Positions 19,729-28,739 of a stretch of DNA of 64,000 bases are shown piece by piece (the first letter of the stretch is position 1; every line of letters starts with the position of its first letter). The translations under genes and the position numbers were made by a program. The notes under the pieces were generated by a model, which did no database searches, had not been told where the DNA came from, and worked only from the letters and a program-made list of their open reading frames with translations. Origin of the DNA: an uncultured Cyclobacteriaceae bacterium (GTDB taxonomy: Bacteria; Bacteroidota; Bacteroidia; Cytophagales; Cyclobacteriaceae); contig CAJQKV010000009.1 of the NCBI GenBank assembly GCA_905479015.1, forward strand, positions 7,187 through 71,186, given 5' to 3'.

Positions 19729-20908
19729 CTTTTAATCCGTAGTATAATTTGGTTTGATTAGAAAAAATTTTCGTGAAGCCTTTGACTTCTGCCGCAGACC
19801 AGGCCTTATTTGTCTCACCATAGTTGGCTACAGCAGACTGCATCAAATCAAAATCAGATTGAATACCCAATAATTGAAATCTATACGGTGCTAAGCGTAT
19901 TTCAACAGTCCCGGTTACATTTTTTTGTGATGAAGAGAGAAAGGCCTCTATATTTCTCATCACAGGGTCTAGGTATTGACCTTCGTGCATCAGACTTCCA
20001 TAAAAAGCAGCCATTTGATCCTTAATAAACAATTGCTGCTTCGATAAGGTATGTTTCTCAAGTAAGTGATGCCCTTTGATGAGCATTAATGGCCCAGCCG
20101 CCTCAAATCCTACACGTCCTTTAATACCTATGATGGTATCTCCTACATGCACATCCCGACCAATGGCATACTTACCGCCCCACTCATTTAAACGCTTAAT
20201 TACGTCAATAGGAGTCATAATCGTACCGTTCAGACCAAACGGTTCACCTTTTTCAAATCTTATCTCAATCACCTCGGAATCGAACTCTTGGAGTTGGTTT
20301 GGAAATGCTTCTTCAGGTAGCACCCCATTTGAGGTAAGGGTCTCCATACCTCCAATAGAAGTTCCCCATAATCCTTCATTAATTGAGTACAGTGCTTTTT
20401 CCCAAACACCCTCCACGCCATGCTGCTGCAAATAAGAAATTTCTTCTTCGCGAGACAATGCCAAATCTCTGATAGGTGTGATGATCTCAATTTGAGGGCA
20501 CATCGTTTGAAAAATAAGGTCAAATCTGATCTGATCATTTCCAGCACCTGTACTTCCATGTGCAATGGCATCTACCCCCATTTCTATAGCCAAATAAGCT
20601 AACGCCATCGCTTGGAAAACTCTCTCTGCGCTCACAGAAAGAGGGTAAGTATTGTTTTTTAATACATTTCCAAAGATTAAATACTTTATCCCCTGCTCAT
20701 AAAAACGCGCAGTCTCGTCAATGAATTTATAGTCCGAAGCACCCAATGAAAAGGCTTTTTCCTGCAATTGATTCGCAGCTATCTCATCAAATCCTCCCGT
20801 ATTTATTGTGGCTGCTACCACCTCAAAGCCACGCTCTTTGACCAAATACAAGGCACAATAAGAGGTATCTAAACCGCCGCTGAAGGCGAGTAGTACTTTT
20901 TTCTTCAT
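19721..20908 (-). CDS. argG: Argininosuccinate synthase
   Basis: 395 aa. N-type ATP pyrophosphatase motif 'AFSGGLDTS'. Confidence 0.95.
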   Translation of the reverse strand: MKKKVLLAFSGGLDTSYCALYLVKERGFEVVAATINTGGFDEIAANQLQEKAFSLGASDYKFIDETARFYEQGIKYLIFGNVLKNNTYPLSVSAERVFQAMALAYLAIEMGVDAIAHGSTGAGNDQIRFDLIFQTMCPQIEIITPIRDLALSREEEISYLQQHGVEGVWEKALYSINEGLWGTSIGGMETLTSNGVLPEEAFPNQLQEFDSEVIEIRFEKGEPFGLNGTIMTPIDVIKRLNEWGGKYAIGRDVHVGDTIIGIKGRVGFEAAGPLMLIKGHHLLEKHTLSKQQLFIKDQMAAFYGSLMHEGQYLDPVMRNIEAFLSSSQKNVTGTVEIRLAPYRFQLLGIQSDFDLMQSAVANYGETNKAWSAAEVKGFTKIFSNQTKLYYGLKDA

Positions 20909-21537
20909 ATTGATAGTTTATTATCGCCCATCTTATTCTTAATAGTTGCCCATCTACTGAGCCATTTCGACTTATTCCAGAAATGTTTTTTCTTTCCCTT
21001 GTTAACCGCTGGATTATATAACATCCCTGTGCAGAGACAGTTACTCCGGTTCTTTGTTTGTAAAATCTCATAGTTGACACAACTCTGACAGCCTTTCCAA
21101 AACGCATCATCATCGGTCAATTCACTGAAGGTGACAGGCTCATAACCCAATTCTGAATTTATTTTCATTACCGGCAATGACGTGGTCAATCCAAAGAGTT
21201 TAGCTTCAGGAAACATTTTTATGGAATGGTGAAAAGCGAGCTTTTTGATTTTTTTAGCCACGCCTTGGTTCCGAAATTTATGATGGATGACGAGTCCAGA
21301 ATTGGCTACGTATTTGGTATTACCCCAACTTTCTATGTAACAAAATCCGACGAGCTCTCCCTGACGAGTGACCGCAATAATGGCCTTACGCTCATTTATT
21401 TTCTGTATGATGTAACTGGGTGAACGTTTGGCAATACCGGTTCCCCTTTTTTTGGCGCTCTCTTCTATCAAAGCAGATATGTCATGGGCATATCCCACAT
21501 GATGTAATGAAGCGATTTGAATTACAATTGAATCCAT
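20905..21537 (-). CDS. GNAT-family acyltransferase heading the arg operon (candidate glutamate N-acyltransferase) with a Cys-rich C-terminal tail
   Basis: 210 aa. GNAT motif A 'FRNQGVAKKIKKLA'. The C-terminal 'CQSCVNYEILQTKNRSNCLCTG' has four Cys. 4-nt overlap with argG. Confidence 0.7.
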   Translation of the reverse strand: MDSIVIQIASLHHVGYAHDISALIEESAKKRGTGIAKRSPSYIIQKINERKAIIAVTRQGELVGFCYIESWGNTKYVANSGLVIHHKFRNQGVAKKIKKLAFHHSIKMFPEAKLFGLTTSLPVMKINSELGYEPVTFSELTDDDAFWKGCQSCVNYEILQTKNRSNCLCTGMLYNPAVNKGKKKHFWNKSKWLSRWATIKNKMGDNKLSI

Positions 21538-22076
21538 TGCTTGATTAAATAAATAATAAAATAATAAAAAGATGTATGAGGGTCGACCGTTCCGCGTAGG
21601 AGGTCATTTTGATATATAGGCTAACGCCTAGCCGGGAATATCGGCCTTAAAAGAAAACTGGGTGCTATGTAAATGCTTGAAATCATGTTTTACAATGCAA
21701 GAATAATATTAATTTTTAATTTTATCTAAAAAAAGAGAGAAAAACGATCTAAATGACTTGAAAAAAAAGAAAAATGAGCATTTTAGAGGCTGCTGTACTT
21801 AATAAGTTACTCCTTTTCATCAGGTGTCTATTTCTAAAACTATATCAAATTGGCACGTTTCGTAATAACTGAATTTTGATCAAAAAATTCTTTCTCCCAA
21901 ACGACTGAATATTCAATGGGATACTTTTTCACCTTATCGTCTTCGCTAGAAATACTTGATAAACGAATAAAAAATGGCTTGGATAAAGTGCCTACCGCTC
22001 AAATAATAAAGGCCAATCCATAAGTTACTCACCCCAAATTATACATAAATTAATGTATAATTAATTGACTTATCAA

Positions 22077-25000
22077 ATGAGACTCAAAGGAATAATCATA
22101 ATAATTGGCTTGCTTTTGGTCAATATTCAAGCGTTTTCGCAAGAAACCGTAACACCGAACGATGTTCACGACGAACGCGTCCATGCCTATGCATTTATAA
22201 ATGCTCACCTGTTTGTTGACTACCAAACCGAAATTAAAAATGCAACTTTACTGATAAAAGAGGGTAAAGTCATTCAAATAGGGGCCAACCTTACTGCTCC
22301 TTCGGGTTATATCGTGGTTGACCTCAAGGGTAAGTATATCTATCCTTCTTTAATTGACCTACATACACATTATGGACTTCCAAAAGTAGCGCTTGCTACA
22401 TCCAGAGGATTTACCGGAGCAGAGCAAATGCTGACCAAAACTCCCGGAGCCTATAATGCCAATGAAGCCATCAAATCAGATTTTGATGCAAGCGAAGTGT
22501 TTAACAATAATGAAAAAGCCGCCACAATCTTCCGTAAAATAGGTTTTGGATCAGTCCTTTCCTTTAGGGCAGACGGTATTGCACGAGGTACCTCAACTTT
22601 TACGACCCTTGGAGATAATCCAAATAAAAACATCCTTATTCAAAACGCTGCCGCCCATTACTCTCTTAACAAGGGAACCTCTAAACAATATTATCCAGGT
22701 TCTACCATGGGCTATATTTCCTTGTTACGTCAAACTTATTTAGATGCCGCATGGTACGGGCAGTTCAACCCTCGCCCCTTTTTAGATCAATCACTTGAGG
22801 CCTGGATCGCTGAGCAAAATTTACCCCAATTTTTTGATGCCGGTGGATGGATCAATGTACTCAGGGCCGATAAAGTTGGCGATGAATTTGGCGTTCAATA
22901 TGTGATAAAAAGTGGTGGTGATGCCTACAAAAGAATTGAGGAAATTAAAGCGACTGGAGCCACGCTCATCGTACCTGTAAATTTCCCAGAAACCTACGAT
23001 GTTGATGATCCTATTGATGCCTTTTCGGTCTCGTTGGCCGATATGAAACATTGGGAATTGGCCCCATCAAATTTAGCAAAACTCGAAGCGGCTGGCATCA
23101 ACTTTGCCATTACAAGTGATGGACTTACTAAAAAATCAGATTTTCTGAGTCATATCCGCAAGGCCATAGATCATGGGCTTTCTGAGTCATTGGCACTCAA
23201 ATCCCTAACGCTTACACCCGCAGAACTGATCCAAATAAATCATCAAGTTGGATCCTTGAGACCTAATATGCTGGCCAATTTCATTATTACCTCTGGTAAA
23301 TTATTTGATGAAAAAACCATTATTCATGAAAATTGGGTACAAGGGAGACCTTATCGTTTCCAGTCATTGAGTACAGAAGATTATCAAGGGAAGTATACCC
23401 TAACCTTAGACAATAAAGATTACGAAATGAAGATCACTGGAGTGGCTGGATCAGAAAAAGCCCAACTTATCCTCAATGACTCCGTTACGCATGAGATAAA
23501 ATCAACGTTAACAGCCACCCTAGCCACCTTTAGCTTTCCTCTAAATAAAAAAACCATTAGATTATCGGGCTGGCGAACCGATTCAGGTTGGAAAGGAACC
23601 GGTCAATTAGCTGATGGAAAATGGGTCCAATGGACCTCGCAACGCATAGGTGATATAGACCCAAAAGAAGAAAAAAAGAAATTGACTACCCCTCCAACAG
23701 ATGCTCTAGGTCCGGTAATCTTTCCATTTATCGCGTTTGGTAATGAGACCCATCCGCAACAACAAACTTTACTTATAAAAAACACCACTGTATGGACCAA
23801 TGAAACCATGGGAATCTTGGAAGATACAGATGTATTATTAAAAGAAGGGAAAATTTCAGAGATAGGTAAAAATCTCCAAGATCCTTCAGCCCTGGTCATT
23901 GATGGCCGTGGGAAACACTTGACCAGTGGCATTATTGATGAACATACCCACATCGGAGGTGGGGGTAATGACCGAGCCACTAACTCATCCATGGTTCGCA
24001 TAGGAGATCAGCTAAATTCCGAAGACATTAATATTTATCGAGCCCTCGCTGGCGGCGTTACGGCGGTTCAAGTACTTCATGGTTCGGCCAATCCCGTCGG
24101 AGGTCAATCTGCCTTGATCAAGTTGCGTTGGGGAGTAGCTCCGGATGACTTGAAAATCAAAAATGCAGATGGCTATATCAAATTTGCCTTAGGTGAAAAC
24201 GTAAAAAGATCACGAAATCCCAGTTCTACTAGGTTTCCCCAAACCAGAATGGGTGTAGAACAAGTGTATATGGATGGATTCACCCAAGCCCTCGCCTACA
24301 ATAAGGAGTGGTCTGTCTACGATGGGCTTCCAAAAAAATCAAAAAATACTATTCCTCAACCTAGGCGAGATTTGGTAGATGAAGCCATGATGGAAATCAT
24401 TAATAAGGAGCGCTTCATCACTTGCCATTCTTATGTTCAATCTGAGATCAATATGCTGATGAAGGTCGCAGAGCAATTCAATTTTAACATCAATACCTTC
24501 ACGCACATCTTGGAAGGATATAAAGTTGCTGACAAAATGAAAGCCCATGGCGCCGGTGCTTCAACCTTTTCTGACTGGTGGAATTACAAATGGGAAGTAC
24601 GTTATGCCATTCCATATAATGCCGCTATCATGTACACTGAAGGGGTCGTTACGGCCATCAATTCAGATGATTCCAACAGCGGGAGAAGACTGAACCAAGA
24701 AGCAGCAAAATCCGTAAAATATGGAGGACTATCTGAAGAAAATGTATGGAAAATGGTTACGCTCAATCCCGCTAAATTACTTCATTTGGATGATCGTATG
24801 GGAAGTGTCAAGGTAGGTAAAGATGCCGATATCGTCCTGTGGACAGATCATCCCCTTTCTGTATATGCTCGAGTAGAAAAAACCATTGTTGATGGCATTG
24901 TCTATTTCGATGTGGGAAAGGACAAAGCCTCCAGAGTAATGATCCATTCAGAGCGGGCCAGACTCATTCAAAAGATGAAAAACGCAAAGAAAAGTGGTGC

Positions 25001-25094
25001 CCCTACGAAGCTTCGAAGCTCGGAAATATTTATTGAATTTGATTGCGATGATGACCACTTGGCTACCTCATTTGATCTGGACACAAAAGAATAA
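22077..25094 (+). CDS. Secreted tandem-domain amidohydrolase (two amidohydrolase-superfamily modules in one chain)
   Basis: The ORF-track frame opens at 22065 (TTG). I prefer the ATG at 22077 ('MRLKGIIIIIGLLLVNIQAFSQ' signal peptide). HxH metal motifs occur twice ('LIDLHTHYG', 'IIDEHTHIGGGG'). The C-terminal barrel signature also occurs twice ('GSLRPNMLANFII', 'GSVKVGKDADIVLW'). Confidence 0.85.
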   Translation: MRLKGIIIIIGLLLVNIQAFSQETVTPNDVHDERVHAYAFINAHLFVDYQTEIKNATLLIKEGKVIQIGANLTAPSGYIVVDLKGKYIYPSLIDLHTHYGLPKVALATSRGFTGAEQMLTKTPGAYNANEAIKSDFDASEVFNNNEKAATIFRKIGFGSVLSFRADGIARGTSTFTTLGDNPNKNILIQNAAAHYSLNKGTSKQYYPGSTMGYISLLRQTYLDAAWYGQFNPRPFLDQSLEAWIAEQNLPQFFDAGGWINVLRADKVGDEFGVQYVIKSGGDAYKRIEEIKATGATLIVPVNFPETYDVDDPIDAFSVSLADMKHWELAPSNLAKLEAAGINFAITSDGLTKKSDFLSHIRKAIDHGLSESLALKSLTLTPAELIQINHQVGSLRPNMLANFIITSGKLFDEKTIIHENWVQGRPYRFQSLSTEDYQGKYTLTLDNKDYEMKITGVAGSEKAQLILNDSVTHEIKSTLTATLATFSFPLNKKTIRLSGWRTDSGWKGTGQLADGKWVQWTSQRIGDIDPKEEKKKLTTPPTDALGPVIFPFIAFGNETHPQQQTLLIKNTTVWTNETMGILEDTDVLLKEGKISEIGKNLQDPSALVIDGRGKHLTSGIIDEHTHIGGGGNDRATNSSMVRIGDQLNSEDINIYRALAGGVTAVQVLHGSANPVGGQSALIKLRWGVAPDDLKIKNADGYIKFALGENVKRSRNPSSTRFPQTRMGVEQVYMDGFTQALAYNKEWSVYDGLPKKSKNTIPQPRRDLVDEAMMEIINKERFITCHSYVQSEINMLMKVAEQFNFNINTFTHILEGYKVADKMKAHGAGASTFSDWWNYKWEVRYAIPYNAAIMYTEGVVTAINSDDSNSGRRLNQEAAKSVKYGGLSEENVWKMVTLNPAKLLHLDDRMGSVKVGKDADIVLWTDHPLSVYARVEKTIVDGIVYFDVGKDKASRVMIHSERARLIQKMKNAKKSGAPTKLRSSEIFIEFDCDDDHLATSFDLDTKE

Positions 25095-25133
25095 ATAAAA
25101 GACATCAGCTCCATTACATATAATATATTAAAC

Positions 25134-26435
25134 ATGAAGAAAATTATTAATCTCTCCCTCGGAATATGGATGACCTTTTCAGTCATCGCGCAAGTACCTG
25201 TGCCCGCACCCTCCCAAAATCAACCCATCCTTCTTGTAGGAGGGGTGGCACATATAGGTAATGGAGAAGTGATTCAAAATTCATTGATCGGGTTTGATAA
25301 AGGGAAAATAATTCTGGTTAATGAATCGTCAAATAATGTTACTGATTCCTCTGGCTTTAAAGTAATTGACATTACCGGAAAGCACGTTTACCCAGGATTC
25401 ATACTCCCCAACTCACAGATAGGATTACAAGAAGTCAGTTCGATAAGAGCCATGAGCGATATGGACGAACGAGGAGAGATCAATCCCAATGTAAGATCCG
25501 TCATATCATACAACACAGATTCTGAATTTATTCCAACCTTTCGATTTAATGGTATTTTAGTTGCAGAAACGACTCCCGTGGGTGGCCGGATTTCTGGGAC
25601 CTCATCGGTCATGGAACTGGAAGGTTGGAATTGGGAAGATGCGGCGCATACTGTGGATATCGGTATCCACATGAATTGGCCCTCAAAGATGAATCGTAAA
25701 TTTGATTACAGTACTTATACGGCAAAAATGGAGCCGAACATAAAATATGATGAGTCCATTGCTACTTTGAAAGAACTTTTTGAGGATGCACTGGGTTATG
25801 GGGCGACACCAGACCCATCCATCAACTTAAAATTAGCCGCACTTCAAGGTCTTTTCAATGGAGATTTAATCCTATTTATTCATGCGGGAACGTCCAAGGA
25901 AATCATAGAGAGTATTCTTTTTGCAAAGGATATTGGCGTACAAAAAATGGTGCTCATTTCTGGCAGTGCCCTCTTGAATGTAGCTGGATTCTTAAAGGAG
26001 CATCATATTGGCGTGATAATACCCCCCACACATAGTATGCCCAGTCGGGTAGATGAAGACGTCTATGGTCCTTATAAACTCCCTGCTCAATTGTTTGAAG
26101 CAGGGCTCACTGTGTCGCTTTCACATCGTGGCATGCTTGCTCATGGAAGGAACCTCCCTTTCTTTGCGGGTACAGCAGCTGCTTACGGTTTAGATAAAGA
26201 AGAAGCCTTAAAAATGATTACCTCTAACACGGCCAAGCTCCTGGGTATAGATGATCGCCTAGGCTCGCTGACAGTGGGAAAAGATGCTACGTTATTTGTC
26301 TCTGAAGGAGATGCCTTAGACTTTAGAACCAATATTTTGTCCCATGCATTCATCAGTGGAAAACAAGTGACCCTGGATAATAAACAACAAGAATTGTATC
26401 AAAGATTTTCCAAAAAATATGGGCATAAAGACTGA
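25134..26435 (+). CDS. Secreted amidohydrolase-fold protein lacking the HxH metal motif
   Basis: 433 aa with a signal peptide ('MKKIINLSLGIWMTFSVIAQ') and the C-terminal 'GSLTVGKDATLFV' signature. The expected 'PGxIDxHxH' position reads 'PGFILPNSQIG'. Confidence 0.75.
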   Translation: MKKIINLSLGIWMTFSVIAQVPVPAPSQNQPILLVGGVAHIGNGEVIQNSLIGFDKGKIILVNESSNNVTDSSGFKVIDITGKHVYPGFILPNSQIGLQEVSSIRAMSDMDERGEINPNVRSVISYNTDSEFIPTFRFNGILVAETTPVGGRISGTSSVMELEGWNWEDAAHTVDIGIHMNWPSKMNRKFDYSTYTAKMEPNIKYDESIATLKELFEDALGYGATPDPSINLKLAALQGLFNGDLILFIHAGTSKEIIESILFAKDIGVQKMVLISGSALLNVAGFLKEHHIGVIIPPTHSMPSRVDEDVYGPYKLPAQLFEAGLTVSLSHRGMLAHGRNLPFFAGTAAAYGLDKEEALKMITSNTAKLLGIDDRLGSLTVGKDATLFVSEGDALDFRTNILSHAFISGKQVTLDNKQQELYQRFSKKYGHKD

Positions 26436-26649
26436 TCTCCGAGGCGGGTATGAGATCTATAAAGCATAAGCTTAATAATCTCTATTCAGGTCTGCCCCCA
26501 ACTCTCCACTTCTATATAACTATTGGACCAATCATGGCATGAAATGACTCTTTTGATGATCGCTGCTATTCCATCAAATAGGACTGACAATGAGATTTTA
26601 TCCGAAAACTACTCGAACATTGTGAACATATAAAAAGGCTTCTTTAAAG

Positions 26650-27261
26650 TTAAAGGGCAATACCAATAAAAGCTTTAAATGCCAAGCCCATGAGACCTGT
26701 AATCAGCATGGTAATACCCAAGCCTTTGAGGCCTGGAGGAACCTTGGAATACTTTAATCTTTCTCGGATCGCTGCCAGAGCTATGATGGCCAAGAAAAAT
26801 CCAAAACCAGATCCAAAACCGTATGAGGTCGCCTCAATGATATTATAGTCTTTCTGAACCATAAACAATGAAGAACCTAGAATAGCACAATTAACTGCAA
26901 TTAAGGGTAAAAAAATACCTAAAGATCCATAAAGCGCCGGTGACAGTTTTTCAATAATCATCTCCACTAATTGCACCATAGATGCAATTACGGCAATAAA
27001 CATAATAAATTGAAGAAAAGTTAAGTCAATAGACTCAAAGCTTCCATCTATCCACGTCAAGGCACCTTCTTTCAGCACATATTCTTGGAGCAACCAATTA
27101 ACGGGTACCGTTAATGTGAGTACAAAAACTACCGCTAAACCAAGACCAAAAGCGGTTTCTACTTTTTTGGATACCGCCAAAAATGAACACATGCCTAAAT
27201 AATAGGCAAAGATCATGTTGTCTATAAAAATACCCCTAAGTGCTATGTTAAAAACTTCCAT
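26650..27261 (-). CDS. nqrE: Na+-translocating NADH:quinone oxidoreductase subunit E
   Basis: 203-aa polytopic protein, RnfA/NqrE-like ('[14 protein letters not shown]'). Last gene of the nqr run. Confidence 0.92.
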   Translation of the reverse strand: MEVFNIALRGIFIDNMIFAYYLGMCSFLAVSKKVETAFGLGLAVVFVLTLTVPVNWLLQEYVLKEGALTWIDGSFESIDLTFLQFIMFIAVIASMVQLVEMIIEKLSPALYGSLGIFLPLIAVNCAILGSSLFMVQKDYNIIEATSYGFGSGFGFFLAIIALAAIRERLKYSKVPPGLKGLGITMLITGLMGLAFKAFIGIAL

Positions 27262-27275
27262 TATGCTCTATTCTA

Positions 27276-27956
27276 TTAATGTTCTACGTATCCTGACTTT
27301 GATCTTTGAATCCAAATGAGAATGCCTAATACGACAAACGCACCTATTGAGTCGACCATCAGGCCATTAGTTGGGAAAGTGGTCCAGCCGATAGCTTCAA
27401 AAATTTTGAAGTCAAAAATGGAACCTGAACCTAATAATTCTCTAAAAAAGGCAACGGTTAAAATGATCCACGCATAGCCAAATCCTGAGCCTAAACCATC
27501 TAATATGGAATCGTAGGGCTTATTGGCCATGGCAAAAGCTTCAAGACGACCCATCACGATACAATTGGTAATGATCAGTCCAACGTAAGCACCTAAAACT
27601 TTGTACATATCGTAACTGTAGGCTTTTAAAAATTCACTTACCAGCGTCACCAAAGTAGCTACTACCGCCAATTGAACAATAATTCTGATCCGACCAGGAA
27701 TCAAGTTTCGCATCAATGAAATAATTAAATTGGCGAAGACGATGACAAAAACTACCGCAATTGACATCACCAAAGTAGGCTCTAACTTTACAGTAACCGC
27801 CAAAGCGGAGCAAATACCCAATACTTGGATCGTAATAGGATTATCATCCGACAACGGATCAGTAACAATATTCTTCCTCCTTTTCGATAAAAAGGCTTCA
27901 GCAGGTTTTTTTTCTACCTTTAGTTCTTTTTCTACTACAGTCGCTTCAGCACTCAT
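27276..27956 (-). CDS. nqrD: Na+-NQR subunit D
   Basis: 226 aa. 'DNPITIQVLGICSALAVT' is an NqrD/RnfE signature. Confidence 0.92.
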   Translation of the reverse strand: MSAEATVVEKELKVEKKPAEAFLSKRRKNIVTDPLSDDNPITIQVLGICSALAVTVKLEPTLVMSIAVVFVIVFANLIISLMRNLIPGRIRIIVQLAVVATLVTLVSEFLKAYSYDMYKVLGAYVGLIITNCIVMGRLEAFAMANKPYDSILDGLGSGFGYAWIILTVAFFRELLGSGSIFDFKIFEAIGWTTFPTNGLMVDSIGAFVVLGILIWIQRSKSGYVEH

Positions 27957-27977
27957 ATTAATCTCATTAGTGGTTTT

Positions 27978-28739
27978 CTAGTTAATTGCAATTCCATTTT
28001 GACCCTTCGTATTCTTGATAAAATTTTGATAACAACCCAAATATTCTTTTAACATTTTATTGACCCCTTTAGCAGTTATGGTCGCCCCAGAAAGGCCGTC
28101 AACCTCATGCATACTAAGACCCGTAATCCCTTCTCCCTTTACCATGGTGATAGATTCTAAATTACCCGCATCACTAAATATTTTTTTGTTTTCTTTGTAA
28201 CGATTTCTCACCTTTTCTTCGGTAATTCTAGCACCCAATCCAGGGGTTTCTCCTTTGTGATCAAAGGCAACTCCCTTTACCGTATTGAGGTCCGATTCTA
28301 AAGCAACATAACCAGAGATCCAATCCCAAAGTCCCAATCCAAACATGGGAAAAACATAGGCTTCAACGACATTGGGATCCGATTCATTTAATATCATATA
28401 AATGGGGTACAATCGCTCCTCTCTATCTATTTTGTGATTTTTTTGCGCATTTACCTTTTCAGCAATCAACGGATTACCTTTTTCATCTGTAGCAATGATT
28501 TCGCCTTCAATATCTACTACGACAGATTTAACACGGGCTTTATATAGATTCAGAATCTCTTCAGGTGTATTGAAAGTTGAAATATCCATTACAGCACCCA
28601 AAATTTTCTTTTTAGTGTCTAACTCGACTTGTTTGTCTTGAGCAGGCTTTAAGAGAACTGAGGTCAGAGACATAGCTCCACCAATCAAGACCGTCATGAT
28701 AGCGGAAAAAACTAGGATGTAAATATTAGATCGTTGCAC
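27978..28739 (-). CDS. nqrC: Na+-NQR subunit C (covalent FMN subunit)
   Basis: 253 aa with a single N-terminal TM helix. FMN-attachment motif 'GLSGATITAKG'. Confidence 0.92.
   Translation of the reverse strand: MQRSNIYILVFSAIMTVLIGGAMSLTSVLLKPAQDKQVELDTKKKILGAVMDISTFNTPEEILNLYKARVKSVVVDIEGEIIATDEKGNPLIAEKVNAQKNHKIDREERLYPIYMILNESDPNVVEAYVFPMFGLGLWDWISGYVALESDLNTVKGVAFDHKGETPGLGARITEEKVRNRYKENKKIFSDAGNLESITMVKGEGITGLSMHEVDGLSGATITAKGVNKMLKEYLGCYQNFIKNTKGQNGIAIN

Noticed and set aside
21850-22010. A stop-free 53-codon frame on the minus strand in the arg/amidohydrolase intergenic region (…AVGTLSKPFFIRLSSISSEDDKVKKYPIEYSVVWEKEFFDQNSVITKRANLI*).
   Set aside because: There is no ATG/GTG/TTG start in frame after the upstream TGA and no recognisable motif. 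It may be a decayed gene remnant, which cannot be supported without homology search.
26436-26649. A possible nqrF remnant or terminator structures in the gap after nqrE. The region contains a GATCTC...GAGATC 6-bp stem with a 13-nt loop at 26434-26458.
   Set aside because: Minus-strand translation is full of stops with no ferredoxin/FNR-like peptide. The hairpin is weak, with a large loop and no U-tract.
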